The notes under the pieces: model-generated | Told to the model about the DNA's origin: nothing | The model's database searches: none | Seen by the model: only the letters and a program-made list of their open reading frames with translations | From: Planctomycetota bacterium | GTDB lineage: Bacteria; Planctomycetota; UBA1135; UBA2386 | Direction: 5' to 3' | NCBI GenBank assembly: GCA_947501605.1 | Contig: CANMWZ010000009.1 | Coordinates: 52,893 to 116,892 of the forward strand | Length of the DNA: 64,000 nt | Program-made: the position numbers and the translations under genes | Shown: positions 10,315 to 19,946 of the stretch, piece after piece | How positions within the stretch are numbered: position 1 is the first letter of the stretch | Layout: every line of letters begins with the position of its first letter

Positions 10315-12699
10315 TCAGTTGCGCCGCAGGTTGAGCTTGCTGAGCGCCGCGGCGAGCGGGCTCACGACCTCGGGCTCGGGCTTGCGCGGAGTTGGTGCGG
10401 GCCGCGGGTCGCGGTTGCCGCGCGGATCGCGATTGCCGCCGCCGCTGTAGCCGCCGCTGCTGCGCGCGCCGGCAGACCCTGCGGCCGCGTGGCTGTCGCC
10501 GCGTCCACCAGCCGGCCGTTCGTGCAGCTTCATCGTCAGCGCGATGCGTTGCCGTGGGATGTCGACCTCGAGCACCTTGACCGTGACGATCTGACCGGCC
10601 TTCACCACCTCGCGCGGGTCCTCGACGAAGCGATCCGCCAGCTGGCTGATGTGGACCAATCCGTCCTGGTGCACGCCGATGTCGACGAAGGCGCCGAAGT
10701 TGGTCACGTTCGTCACCACGCCCTCGAGCTGCATGCCCGGAGTCAGGTCCTTCACTTCCTGCACGCCTTCCTGGAAGGTCGCGGTCTTGAACTCCGGACG
10801 CGGGTCGCGCCCCGGCTTCTCGAGCTCCTGCAGGATGTCGGTCACCGTCGGCACGCCGAAGCGTTCGTCGGCGAACTTCTTCGGGTCGAGCGACTTCAAG
10901 AAAGCGCGGTCGCCGATCAGGTCGCGGATCGCGCGGCCGCTCGCTTCGAGGATGCGTTCGACGAGCGGATAGGCCTCGGGGTGCACCGCGCTCTGATCGA
11001 GCGGGTTCTTGCCGCCTTGGATCCGCAGGAAGCCGGCGCACTGTTCGAAGGCCTTCGGCCCGAGGCGGGTCACCTTCAACAGGTCCTTGCGCGACTCGAA
11101 GGCGCCGTGCTCGTTGCGGTGCGCGACGATGTTCTTGGCGAGCGTGCTCGACAGACCGGCGACGCGGGCCAGCAGGTCTTCGCTCGCGGTGTTGAGGTCG
11201 ACGCCGACGCCGTTCACGCAGTCCTCGACGACGCCGTCGAGGGCACGCGCGAGGCGCGTTTGGTTGACGTCGTGTTGGTACTGACCGACGCCGATCGACT
11301 TCGGGTCGATCTTGACCAGTTCGGCGAGCGGGTCCTGCAAGCGGCGAGCGATCGACACGGCGCCGCGCAGCGTCACGTCGAGCTCCGGGAACTCCTGCGC
11401 CGCGCGTTCGCTGGCCGAGTAGACCGACGCGCCGGCTTCGCTGACGACGAGCTTCTGCACCTTGCCGCCGGCGAGCTTCAACAGCTGCGTCACCAGCTTG
11501 TCGGTCTCGCGCGAGGCAGTGCCGTTGCCGATGGCGATCAGTTCGACGGCGTGCTTCTCGCACAGGACCGCGAGGATCTTCAGCGAACCGTCCCAGTCGT
11601 CGCGCGGCGGGTGCGGGTAGATCGTCGTCGTCGCCAGCAGCTTGCCCGTTCGATCGACGACCGCGACCTTGCAGCCGGTGCGGATGCCTGGGTCGAGGCC
11701 GAGGATGGCCTTCGGCCCTGCGGGTGCCGCCAGCAGCAGGTCGCGCATGTTGTTGGCGAACACCGCGATCGCCTCTTCCTCGGCGCGTTCGCGCACGGCG
11801 GTGAACATCTCGCTCTCGAGGTGCAGCGCCAGCTTGACCGACCAGCAGAGGCGCGCCGTGTCCGCGAGCCACGCGTCGGCTTTGCGGTTCTGGTTCTGGA
11901 TGCCGAAGCGACGCATGACCAGGAGCTGGCCTTGGCCGGTCGGATCCTCGGTCGCCGGGGCGTGTTGGTCGCCGAGGCCGAGCCCGAGGTCCAAGAAGCC
12001 CTCCTTGCGCGCGCGGAACATCGCCAGCGCACGGTGACCCGGTACGCGGTCGAGCGGCTCGTCGTGCGTGAAGTAATCGCGGAAGCGCTGCGCCTCCGGA
12101 TCTTGTTCCTTGTCCTTGCGCACGCGGCTCGTCAGGAACGAGTCGTTCTTGAGCCAATGTCGCGCTTCGCCGACGAGCTGCGCGTCTTCGGCGAAGTTCT
12201 CCATCAGGATGTAGCGCGCGCCGTCGAGGGCCGCTTGCGTGTCGGCGACACCGCGCTCGGTCGACACGAAGGTCGCTGCGAGCACTTTCGGATCGTGCGT
12301 CGGATCGGCGAGGAGCTGCTGCGCGAGCGGTTCGAGCCCGGCTTCGCGCGCGATCGTCGCCTTGGTGCGCCGCTTCTGCTTGTAGGGCAGGTAGAGGTCT
12401 TCGAGCTGCTGCTTGGTCTCGGCGCCATTCACCGAGCGCTTCAGCGCCTCTGTCATCTTGCCTTGTTCCTCGATGCTCGCGAGGATCGCGGTGCGGCGCT
12501 CTTCGAGCTCGCGCAGGTAGATCAAGCGTTCGGCGAGCGTGCGCAGTTGCGTGTCGTCGAGGCCGCCGGTCGCTTCCTTGCGGTAGCGGGCGATGAACGG
12601 AACGGTCGAACCCTCGTCGAGCAAGGCAACGGCGGCGGCAACCTGCTGCGGCCGGGCGCTGAGTTCTTGGGCGATGCGATCGGAGATGGACGGAAGCAA
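10315..12699 (-). CDS. tex: Tex family RNA-binding transcriptional accessory protein
   Basis: [42 protein letters not shown], HhH motifs, C-terminal S1 domain; TTG start after GGAGG. Confidence 0.96.
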   Translation of the reverse strand: MLPSISDRIAQELSARPQQVAAAVALLDEGSTVPFIARYRKEATGGLDDTQLRTLAERLIYLRELEERRTAILASIEEQGKMTEALKRSVNGAETKQQLEDLYLPYKQKRRTKATIAREAGLEPLAQQLLADPTHDPKVLAATFVSTERGVADTQAALDGARYILMENFAEDAQLVGEARHWLKNDSFLTSRVRKDKEQDPEAQRFRDYFTHDEPLDRVPGHRALAMFRARKEGFLDLGLGLGDQHAPATEDPTGQGQLLVMRRFGIQNQNRKADAWLADTARLCWSVKLALHLESEMFTAVRERAEEEAIAVFANNMRDLLLAAPAGPKAILGLDPGIRTGCKVAVVDRTGKLLATTTIYPHPPRDDWDGSLKILAVLCEKHAVELIAIGNGTASRETDKLVTQLLKLAGGKVQKLVVSEAGASVYSASERAAQEFPELDVTLRGAVSIARRLQDPLAELVKIDPKSIGVGQYQHDVNQTRLARALDGVVEDCVNGVGVDLNTASEDLLARVAGLSSTLAKNIVAHRNEHGAFESRKDLLKVTRLGPKAFEQCAGFLRIQGGKNPLDQSAVHPEAYPLVERILEASGRAIRDLIGDRAFLKSLDPKKFADERFGVPTVTDILQELEKPGRDPRPEFKTATFQEGVQEVKDLTPGMQLEGVVTNVTNFGAFVDIGVHQDGLVHISQLADRFVEDPREVVKAGQIVTVKVLEVDIPRQRIALTMKLHERPAGGRGDSHAAAGSAGARSSGGYSGGGNRDPRGNRDPRPAPTPRKPEPEVVSPLAAALSKLNLRRN

Positions 12700-12837
12700 A
12701 GCGGACCTCCCTGGTGATTCCGCGCCGTCTGACCACGGTGCGGGAGAGTCTTGCTTACGGACCGCAGCGCGCCGGTCAAGGGCACGTGCACGAAGTCCGA
12801 GAACGAGACCGCGCGCCGGTGCTCGCCAAGCGGTCGG

Positions 12838-13503
12838 CTAGCGCGCCAACGCGCCGGCTTTTAGTTGGTCGAACGACGTGCTGGCATCGGCCTTGGTCCA
12901 GAACCCGATGCGGCCGGCGGTCGCGAAGGTGTCGTCGTCGATCGTGAATAGCGATTGGCCGTCGAACATCACGGTCATGTGCGGACCGCGCGCCGCGATC
13001 TCGAGTGTGTGCCACGCATCGGTCGGCACGCTGACCTTGGCAGTGTCGAGTTGCGCGCGCACCCCGTCCTGCACGCGGTAGATGCGGACGTTGTCCTCGA
13101 GTGGGTTCCACCGTGCGATGTAGTAGTTTTGTTCGTCGCGAGCGCGCCACACGAGGCCGCCGCCCTGGTCCTCTTTGCCGCCTTCGGCGCGAACCTTGAC
13201 CCCGAGTCGCACGTCCGTGTCGAACATCGGAATCTCGGTGAGCAGCAGGTGGAACTGCTCGCCTGTGGACTTCGGCGCATCGATGTGAACGTGGCGCGCA
13301 GAGCCGTCGGCGCCGCCTTCCTTCACGTGCCAATGGGCACGCGGGCCGGCGATGGACTCGAGCGACTCCATGAGCTGCGGCAAGGTCAGTGGGGCTTCGT
13401 CGTCGAAGTCGCGGTCGAAGGTCACAAGGCTGCCCGCGCGCTCGGGCGAGGAGTTGCAGGCAGCGAACAGGTACGCAGTGGCAGCGAGGATCGCGTTGCG
13501 CAT
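12838..13503 (-). CDS. Lipoprotein with a LamG/DUF1080-like beta-sandwich
   Basis: Lipobox LFAAC; GGGLVWR..D..NYY, WHTLEI, GRIGFWTKAD. Confidence 0.75.
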   Translation of the reverse strand: MRNAILAATAYLFAACNSSPERAGSLVTFDRDFDDEAPLTLPQLMESLESIAGPRAHWHVKEGGADGSARHVHIDAPKSTGEQFHLLLTEIPMFDTDVRLGVKVRAEGGKEDQGGGLVWRARDEQNYYIARWNPLEDNVRIYRVQDGVRAQLDTAKVSVPTDAWHTLEIAARGPHMTVMFDGQSLFTIDDDTFATAGRIGFWTKADASTSFDQLKAGALAR

Positions 13504-13755
13504 GGGCCAGAGAGATACGGCGTGCCCGACAAGGACGCCACCGTGAGGCGCACGGACGAAGTTGCGTTGTCGTTGTCAGGACTGCATTGCGACGGTGGCT
13601 CGATACCCAACGGAACGGGGGGCATGTGCGAAGGAGTCCGGCCACAAGTGCAGTGCCTGCTGCGTTCGTTCCATTCGTTCGTCGCGGCACGTGGCTTGCC
13701 GAGTGCTTGGCCGAAGCGGCGACTTCGCCGCTTTGGTCCGAACCGGAGAACCCAC

Positions 13756-14274
13756 GTGCTCGCCGAGATCCCCCTGCATCCGAAGCTCGTCCACCTTCCC
13801 CTGGCCCTTGCGGCACTGATGCCGCTGCTGTCGTTCGGCGTGCTGCTTGCGTGGTGGCGCGGGTGGATGCAGAAGCGCACTTGGTCGATCGTGCTATCGG
13901 TGCAAGCGGTGCTCGTCCTCGGCTCCGTCCTGGCAATGCGCTCGGGGGGAGATGACGAAGAGCGCGTCGAGGCAATCGTGCCCGAGGCTGCGATCGAGCA
14001 GCACGAAGAAGCGGGCGAGGTGTTCCAGTGGGGCGCCATCGGTCTGCTCGTCGTCGGCGTCGTGCCGTTGTTGCTGCGCGACCAACGCCGCGCGCAGATC
14101 GCGGCGCTCGTGACCGCAGTGGGCTCGCTGGCCGTGCTCGGTCTCGCGATCAAGACCGGCGAGAAGGGCGGCGAACTGGTCTACCGTCATGGCGCTGCGG
14201 CAGCGTTCGCCACCGGTGGTCCTGGTGCGACGAACGGGCCCGCGCCGGTGAAGGGCGACGACGGCGATCACTGA
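13756..14274 (+). CDS. DUF2231-like His-containing membrane protein
   Basis: GGAG RBS and GTG start; LHPKLVHLP, HEEAG and TGEKGGELVY motifs; 4 TM. Confidence 0.8.
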   Translation: MLAEIPLHPKLVHLPLALAALMPLLSFGVLLAWWRGWMQKRTWSIVLSVQAVLVLGSVLAMRSGGDDEERVEAIVPEAAIEQHEEAGEVFQWGAIGLLVVGVVPLLLRDQRRAQIAALVTAVGSLAVLGLAIKTGEKGGELVYRHGAAAAFATGGPGATNGPAPVKGDDGDH

Positions 14275-14503
14275 CATCACGACCAGCATCCACACCATGA
14301 CCGTCATGGTGTCGCGGATGAGCGCGCTGAACAGCGTGACTACCAGCAACACGGTGAGCTGGAAGCGGAGTTCGCTGCCAGCGCCGCCACGCGGGCACGC
14401 GTGCGGGAATGCAGGCACTTGCCTCGCTCTGCGTTCTCGAGGTCGGCGAGGTGTGTAGGTTGCCACTGGCGCCGCGCCCGTTCGCACCGAGAATCGTCGC
14501 CCC

Positions 14504-15682
14504 TTGGATTCCGCCGATCGCACCCCTCGCGACCTCTGCTACCGCTGCATGCGCCCGAAGGCGATGTGCCTCTGCGGGCTTGTGCAACAAGTGCACACGC
14601 GCACCAAGCTCGTCGTGCTCCAGCATCCGCGCGAGCGCCGTCACCCATTCGGCACCGCGCGGCTCCTGCGCCTTGCCATGCCCGACGCGCGCATCGAGAC
14701 CGTCTACGGTGGCTTCGACGAAGTGCTGCACCTCGAGGTCGAGGTCGCGAGCGATGCCGCGGTGCTCTACCCGCACGAGGCGGCGGTGGATCTCGCCGAC
14801 CTGCCGGCGAGCGAACTGCCGTCGACGCTGGTGTTGCTCGATGGCACATGGGCGCACGCCAAGAAGCTCTACAAGGACAACGCGTGGGTGCAGCGTCTGC
14901 GCCACGTGCGCATCAACCCGCCGCGGCCGAGCAACTACCGCATTCGCAAGGAGCCGCAGGAGGACTTCGTGTCGACCGTCGAGGCGCTGGTCTACGCGCT
15001 GTCGATCCTCGAGCCGGAGAACACCTCGGTGCCGACGCTGCTCACGGCCTTCGATCGGATGATCGATCGTCAGATCGAGGTGCTCGACGTGGTCGAACGC
15101 CACGGCCGGAAGAAGCGCGAACGCCACAAGGCCTCGCGGCGGCTGTCGCCGGTGCTCAGCGATCCGCGCCTCGTGGTCTGCTACGCGGAATCCGCGCTCG
15201 ATGGCGGGGATCCGAAGGCCCCGCGCAACCTGGTGCAGTGGTCGGCGGTGCGCCTCATCGACGATGCGGTGTTCGACGCGTTGATCCGGCCTGCGGGGGA
15301 CTGGCCGTCGCCGAGCCGCCTCGCGCACATGGGCATCACCACTGCAGATCTCGAGGCCGCCGCGCCGATCGAGGATGTTCGCGAACGCTTCCTCGCCTTC
15401 GCCGGTGCAACGTCGCCGGTCTGCGCCTGGACGCGGACGACCCTCGACTGGGGCAATGGGATGCTGGCACCGGACCATCCGCGCTGCGTGCTCAAGATCG
15501 ACTACAGCAACCTGCGCAATCAGCGCGCGAGCTTCTGCGAGTCGATGATGGAACGCGAAGGGTTGCAGCAGCGCGAAGTGGCAGCGCGCGGTCGCGCCGG
15601 CCGCCGGCTCGGCAACGCGGTGGTCGTCGCCAAGTGGCTCGCGGACCAACGGCGGTTGCAGGGGAGTCAAGAAGGGGCGTGA
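14504..15682 (+). CDS. DTW-domain protein (TapT/YfiP-like tRNA aminocarboxypropyltransferase) fused to a degenerate exonuclease-like C-terminal domain
   Basis: CYRC...CLC, QHPRE, LYP, DGTW, YRIRKEP, STVEA; C-terminal region resembles DnaQ-like exonucleases. Confidence 0.82.
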   Translation: MDSADRTPRDLCYRCMRPKAMCLCGLVQQVHTRTKLVVLQHPRERRHPFGTARLLRLAMPDARIETVYGGFDEVLHLEVEVASDAAVLYPHEAAVDLADLPASELPSTLVLLDGTWAHAKKLYKDNAWVQRLRHVRINPPRPSNYRIRKEPQEDFVSTVEALVYALSILEPENTSVPTLLTAFDRMIDRQIEVLDVVERHGRKKRERHKASRRLSPVLSDPRLVVCYAESALDGGDPKAPRNLVQWSAVRLIDDAVFDALIRPAGDWPSPSRLAHMGITTADLEAAAPIEDVRERFLAFAGATSPVCAWTRTTLDWGNGMLAPDHPRCVLKIDYSNLRNQRASFCESMMEREGLQQREVAARGRAGRRLGNAVVVAKWLADQRRLQGSQEGA

Positions 15683-15723
15683 CGCAGGGATTCCGCGTCG
15701 CGACAGTCGCACACCCGCACGCC

Positions 15724-16677
15724 ATGCATCCACTCAGTCCTGTGCATACTTCTTGCGCGCTACTCGCGCTCGTCGGTTCCTTGTTGACGGCCCAATCCGG
15801 ACCGCCGGACCAACACGCGGACGCGGACGGGAAACGCAGCTTGTTCAAGGCGGTGGAGGCGGCGCTCGCGGACAAGCCGCGAACTGGCTGCTTCACGACG
15901 CCGCACTGCGTCGTGATCTATCGAGCCGAAACGGACCACGGACCGGATGTCGACGCGGCGAAAGCTCGGGCCGCGGAGCACGCGACGTCGCGTCTCGAAC
16001 CCATGTTCGAGGTGTGCGAAGAGTGGTTGCCGCCACACGAGAAGTGTGGGCAGCGATTCGCGATCTGCGACCCGGACGCCGTGCTGGCAGCCCATTGGAA
16101 ACTCCCGGAGAGGCCATCGGGGGCAATGAGCACGAACACTGTCGCCGAGGAGTTCCGGCGCGCGCAGGAGCACAGCTACGTCGGGCAGTTCGAAGAAACT
16201 TCGGTCTGGGCGGTCTACGAGAAGGCATGGTTTGGCGATGTCAAACCAGCCAACTGGTTCACGGATCTCGCGATCGCGCGTTTGCAGGTTGAGGTGCAAG
16301 CACGCGAAGAGGTGCGGAAAGGCAAGGACCGGCCTATCGCCCGGCGCCAGGACCTGCGCGACTGGGCGAAGCTCACGCGCAAGGACCTCGACGAGGTGCT
16401 TACCGGGATCGGCGGCGAGGCTGGAGACCCCGGCATCCACGGTGGAGGGCCAACTCTCGATACCCACAAACTGGTGGCGACCTTCTTGGCGCATGGACAA
16501 GCCGACCTGAAGACCAAGTTCTCGGCCAGGTGGGCGAATCTGCTCGAAGCCTATGCCGACGCGTTGCGAGCGGGAAAGTCCGATGCAGAGGCCAGCGCGC
16601 TGGCGACCAGCGGCGTCGATCGCAACGACCTCGGCGAAGCGATCGTGAAGTGGTGCAAGGCACGCGCGAAGAAGTGA
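15724..16677 (+). CDS. Secreted hypothetical protein
   Basis: Signal peptide ...LLTA|Q; coding-like composition. Start uncertain (GTG 15679 possible). Confidence 0.65.
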   Translation: MHPLSPVHTSCALLALVGSLLTAQSGPPDQHADADGKRSLFKAVEAALADKPRTGCFTTPHCVVIYRAETDHGPDVDAAKARAAEHATSRLEPMFEVCEEWLPPHEKCGQRFAICDPDAVLAAHWKLPERPSGAMSTNTVAEEFRRAQEHSYVGQFEETSVWAVYEKAWFGDVKPANWFTDLAIARLQVEVQAREEVRKGKDRPIARRQDLRDWAKLTRKDLDEVLTGIGGEAGDPGIHGGGPTLDTHKLVATFLAHGQADLKTKFSARWANLLEAYADALRAGKSDAEASALATSGVDRNDLGEAIVKWCKARAKK

Positions 16678-16773
16678 CCTGAAGCAGCCCTCCCCGCCGA
16701 CCTTGCACAGACCTCCGGTTGTGTCGCGCCCGCACAGGGCGCACGATGCCGCGCGCGCCAAACCGCGCACCCC

Positions 16774-17772
16774 ATGGCGAGCAACAGCTTCGGCGAGATC
16801 TTCCGCTTCACGACGTTCGGCGAGTCGCACGGCCCCGCACTCGGCGTCGTCATCGACGGCGTACCGGCGGGGATCCCGTTCGCCGTCTCGGACCTGCTGC
16901 CCGAACTCGCGCGGCGACGCCCGGGGCAGAGTGCGGCGACCTCGCAGCGCAAGGAGAGCGATGCGCCCGAGATCCTCGCCGGGGTCTTCGAAGGTCGCAC
17001 GACCGGCATGCCCGTGTGCGTCATGGTGCGCAACGAGGACGCGCGTTCGCAGGACTACGACGCGCTGCGAACGCAGATCCGTCCCGGCCACGCCGACGAG
17101 ACCTGGGCGTCGAAGTACGGCCATCGCGACCACCGCGGCGGCGGGCGCAGCAGCGGCCGCGAGACCGTTGCGCGCGTGATCGCTGGCGTGCTGGCGCGGA
17201 AGCTGCTGCCGAGCGAAGTCACGATCACCGGCCATGCGCTGCAGATCGGCGAGATCCGGGCGCAGAGCTACGAGCCGCTGACCATCGAGCACAATCCGCT
17301 CCGCTGCGCCGACCCGGTCGCCGCGCGCGCGATGGTCGCGTTGGTCGAGGAGTTGCGTGGCCGCGGCGACTCGATCGGCGGCATCGTCGAAGTGCGGGTC
17401 GAGCGCGTGCCGAAGGACCTCGGCGAACCGGTCTACGGCAAGGTGAAGGCTCGGCTCGCCGACGCGTTCTTGAGCATCGGCGCCGTCACTGGGTTCGCGT
17501 TCGGCAAGGGCTTCGGCACCGCGACGATGCGCGGCAGTGACTACGTCGCCGACCGCGCCAATTACGGCGGCATCCTCGGCGGCATGACGACTGGCGAGCC
17601 ACTGGTGTTGCACGCGGCGATCAAGCCATCGAGTTCGATCGGCGACGTCGCGCAGAAGGGCCGGCACGACCCGTGCATCGTGCCGCGCGTGATCCCGGTG
17701 CTGGCGGCAATGACGGCGTTGGTGCTCGCCGATCTCGTGCTGCTCGATCGCGCGACGCGAGGATCGAGGTGA
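16774..17772 (+). CDS. aroC: Chorismate synthase
   Basis: TTFGESHG, RPGHAD, RGGGRSSGRET, GDSIGG, GRHDPC. Confidence 0.96.
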   Translation: MASNSFGEIFRFTTFGESHGPALGVVIDGVPAGIPFAVSDLLPELARRRPGQSAATSQRKESDAPEILAGVFEGRTTGMPVCVMVRNEDARSQDYDALRTQIRPGHADETWASKYGHRDHRGGGRSSGRETVARVIAGVLARKLLPSEVTITGHALQIGEIRAQSYEPLTIEHNPLRCADPVAARAMVALVEELRGRGDSIGGIVEVRVERVPKDLGEPVYGKVKARLADAFLSIGAVTGFAFGKGFGTATMRGSDYVADRANYGGILGGMTTGEPLVLHAAIKPSSSIGDVAQKGRHDPCIVPRVIPVLAAMTALVLADLVLLDRATRGSR

Positions 17773-18554
17773 GAACGAGGAGCTCGCCGAGCGTCTTTGC
17801 GCGGTTCCAGGCGCTGGACGCCATTGGGTTCGTGGCCGGTCTTGGCCTCGCGATCGCCCTCGGTTGGAAGACGGCGGATCTCGTGTGGGGGCTGTGGTTG
17901 TCGAGTCTCGTGATCGGCTGGGCCGCGCTCCTCTTCGGTGTGTTCCGTCACAAGGGCGATGGAACGGACGACGCCACTTCTGTGTGGATGATGAAGTTGT
18001 TCGTCATCGCGTTCTTCACGGTCCACTTCTGCGGCTTCCACTTGGTGCACTCGCTGTTCCTCGCGGGCCTGTTCCCGATCCGGACTGCCGACGGGCAGTT
18101 GCTGCTCGAGTTGCCCTACGCGCATGTGTTCGCGAACTACTGGCCCTGGCTGATCCCGGCCGCGATCGCCGAGCGCCGGATGTTCTGCGTTCCGAAGCGG
18201 ACGAGCACAGCCGCTGCGGATGGCGAGACCGTTCCCGCGATCGAGGCCGCACTGGTCGACGAAGTGGCGCGCAAAGGCAAGAAGCCGCCGAAGCGGTCGC
18301 CATCAGGATTCAACCCACCGCAGGCGTACACGAACGTCATCCGCATGCACCTGCTGATCTTCGCGCTGGTGCCGATGCAGTGCGCCGGCATCGCCGACTC
18401 GTGGTCCTACGCGTTGGTGTATGCGGTGTACTTCTGGCCGCGGCGAACGGCCTCCGACGCGCTCAGCGCGGCTGCGGCTCTTGGTTCGACCGAGGCCTCT
18501 CGATTGGCCGGGGCGAGTTCGCCAAGGCCTTCGCGAACGCGGACATCTGGCTGA
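17769..18554 (+). CDS. DUF6498-like membrane protein
   Basis: GTGA overlap with the aroC stop; LVWGLWLSS and FF.VHFCGFH.VH motifs; several TM. Confidence 0.7.
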   Translation: MRTRSSPSVFARFQALDAIGFVAGLGLAIALGWKTADLVWGLWLSSLVIGWAALLFGVFRHKGDGTDDATSVWMMKLFVIAFFTVHFCGFHLVHSLFLAGLFPIRTADGQLLLELPYAHVFANYWPWLIPAAIAERRMFCVPKRTSTAAADGETVPAIEAALVDEVARKGKKPPKRSPSGFNPPQAYTNVIRMHLLIFALVPMQCAGIADSWSYALVYAVYFWPRRTASDALSAAAALGSTEASRLAGASSPRPSRTRTSG

Positions 18555-19731
18555 CGGCACCGAGTTCGACCGCCGTCTGCACGGCAGTCGGCACGTCGAC
18601 GTCGCAAAGGTAGTAGGCGTGCGCCGCGAGCAGGAGTGCTCGCTGCTCCGGATCCGCAGAGACCACGAGCACGCGCGCGTTCACATCGCGTGGGATGGCG
18701 GCGTCCAACGCTTCTGCTGCAGCTCGGTCCGGGATGCCTGCAGGCAGCGGCACATGGCTGTAGTGCTTGTGGTGTTCCTGCGCGGCTTTGCGAAGGTCCT
18801 CGCTCGGCGTCGGTGCGACATCGACGAAGTGCGTGAACGCCAACTGCGCATAGGTGGTGGCGACGAGGCCCTCGCCTTTGGGCCCCGAGGTCAGCCGACG
18901 GTCATGAGGGACTGGTCTGAGGTGGGTGATGGCATCGCCGATGGCATCCACATCCTCCCTCGATGGACCCGTGGAGGGTCTTTCGTGCACGAGTCCTGGC
19001 GAGACGCCGGCGAGTTCGCAGACCCGGTCGATCGTCGCTTCGTCGACGGAGCCAACGGGCAAGTAGGCGGCGAGGATGGTGGCGCGGCACGACTTCCGGA
19101 ACTCCTGCACGAGCTGGTCGACCAGCGTGCCGCGGAACGGCGCCAGCATGGCGCGCTGCCACATCGAAATGCCCTCTGCGGTCAATCCTGCCTCGAGCAC
19201 GGCATCCGCAGCCTCTTCAAGGCAGTCAGTCGTCGGGAGCACGGCGACGAAGGCGGCTTGGTCGCGCAGGATCTGCGGCAGGGAAAGGGTCTCGTCGTCG
19301 CGCGGTACGGCGAAGCTGCGGATGCGCATCGGCACCGCCTCGTCGATCTCGACCTCGCGCCCGTCGCTGGTCTTGGCTCTCTCGAACGGCACTCGCACAT
19401 TGGTGGCCCCAGTCGCGCGAGCGTGCAGTTCGTTCATCGTCGTCGCGTAGGCCTCGAGCGGTTCGATCGGCAGCGGGTCGTCGAACTCCATGGCCAGCAC
19501 CAGACCTCGACGAGGTTCTTTGCCGGTCGCCTCCTTCACTTGGTCGGCCAACTGCGCCACACAGTCGTGGAGATCCGCCGCGCTGTGCTCGCTTCGCGCG
19601 ATGACGATGCACCGCGGGCCGTAGAACACTTCACGATCGCCGTGCGAAGTGGGCAGTCCTGTCGGCGGCGCTGTGAACGGCGATGCCGCACAGGCGGCTA
19701 GGCATCCGACAACGAACAGCACGCGTGTCAT
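18463..19731 (-). CDS. Lipoprotein with a C-terminal phosphatase-like (DUF442-type) domain lacking the CX5R cysteine
   Basis: Lipobox LAAC; GGAG RBS; C-terminal YSHVPL...RVLVVSADPEQR...AVELG. Confidence 0.65.
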   Translation of the reverse strand: MTRVLFVVGCLAACAASPFTAPPTGLPTSHGDREVFYGPRCIVIARSEHSAADLHDCVAQLADQVKEATGKEPRRGLVLAMEFDDPLPIEPLEAYATTMNELHARATGATNVRVPFERAKTSDGREVEIDEAVPMRIRSFAVPRDDETLSLPQILRDQAAFVAVLPTTDCLEEAADAVLEAGLTAEGISMWQRAMLAPFRGTLVDQLVQEFRKSCRATILAAYLPVGSVDEATIDRVCELAGVSPGLVHERPSTGPSREDVDAIGDAITHLRPVPHDRRLTSGPKGEGLVATTYAQLAFTHFVDVAPTPSEDLRKAAQEHHKHYSHVPLPAGIPDRAAAEALDAAIPRDVNARVLVVSADPEQRALLLAAHAYYLCDVDVPTAVQTAVELGAVSQMSAFAKALANSPRPIERPRSNQEPQPR

Positions 19732-19946
19732 TGTGCTCCTTGGTCACGTCCCCCGAGAGGCTCTCGAGTCGGCGTGTTCGCGATGCTAGCCCGGCGTGCT
19801 TCTGGATGCCCCACGGCACGTCCGCGAGTACAGAGTCCTGGCTGGGCCGAATGGACTCTGGGGGTCGGCTGGCCGCGAGCGCGGCCGCCACTCCCACAAG
19901 GAGGGAGCGCGTCACCTCGAGGCGACGCGCTCGACCTTCCCGCGAC

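Noticed and set aside
8151..10785. Diversity-generating retroelement TR/VR pair for the tex duplication
   Set aside because: Differences are mostly synonymous and not confined to adenines; there is no reverse transcriptase in the window.
14275..14390. Hydrophobic minus-strand stretch (ELRFQLTVLLVVTLFSALIRDTMTVMVWMLVVM), possible membrane-gene remnant
   Set aside because: No credible start or stop and no recognisable family.
18463..18554. 92-bp overlap of convergent genes
   Set aside because: Low-complexity tails; most simply stop-codon drift in GC-rich DNA.
19831..19860. CAGAGTCC/GGACTCTG hairpin in an intergenic region as a riboswitch or ncRNA
   Set aside because: Single stem with no recognisable family consensus.
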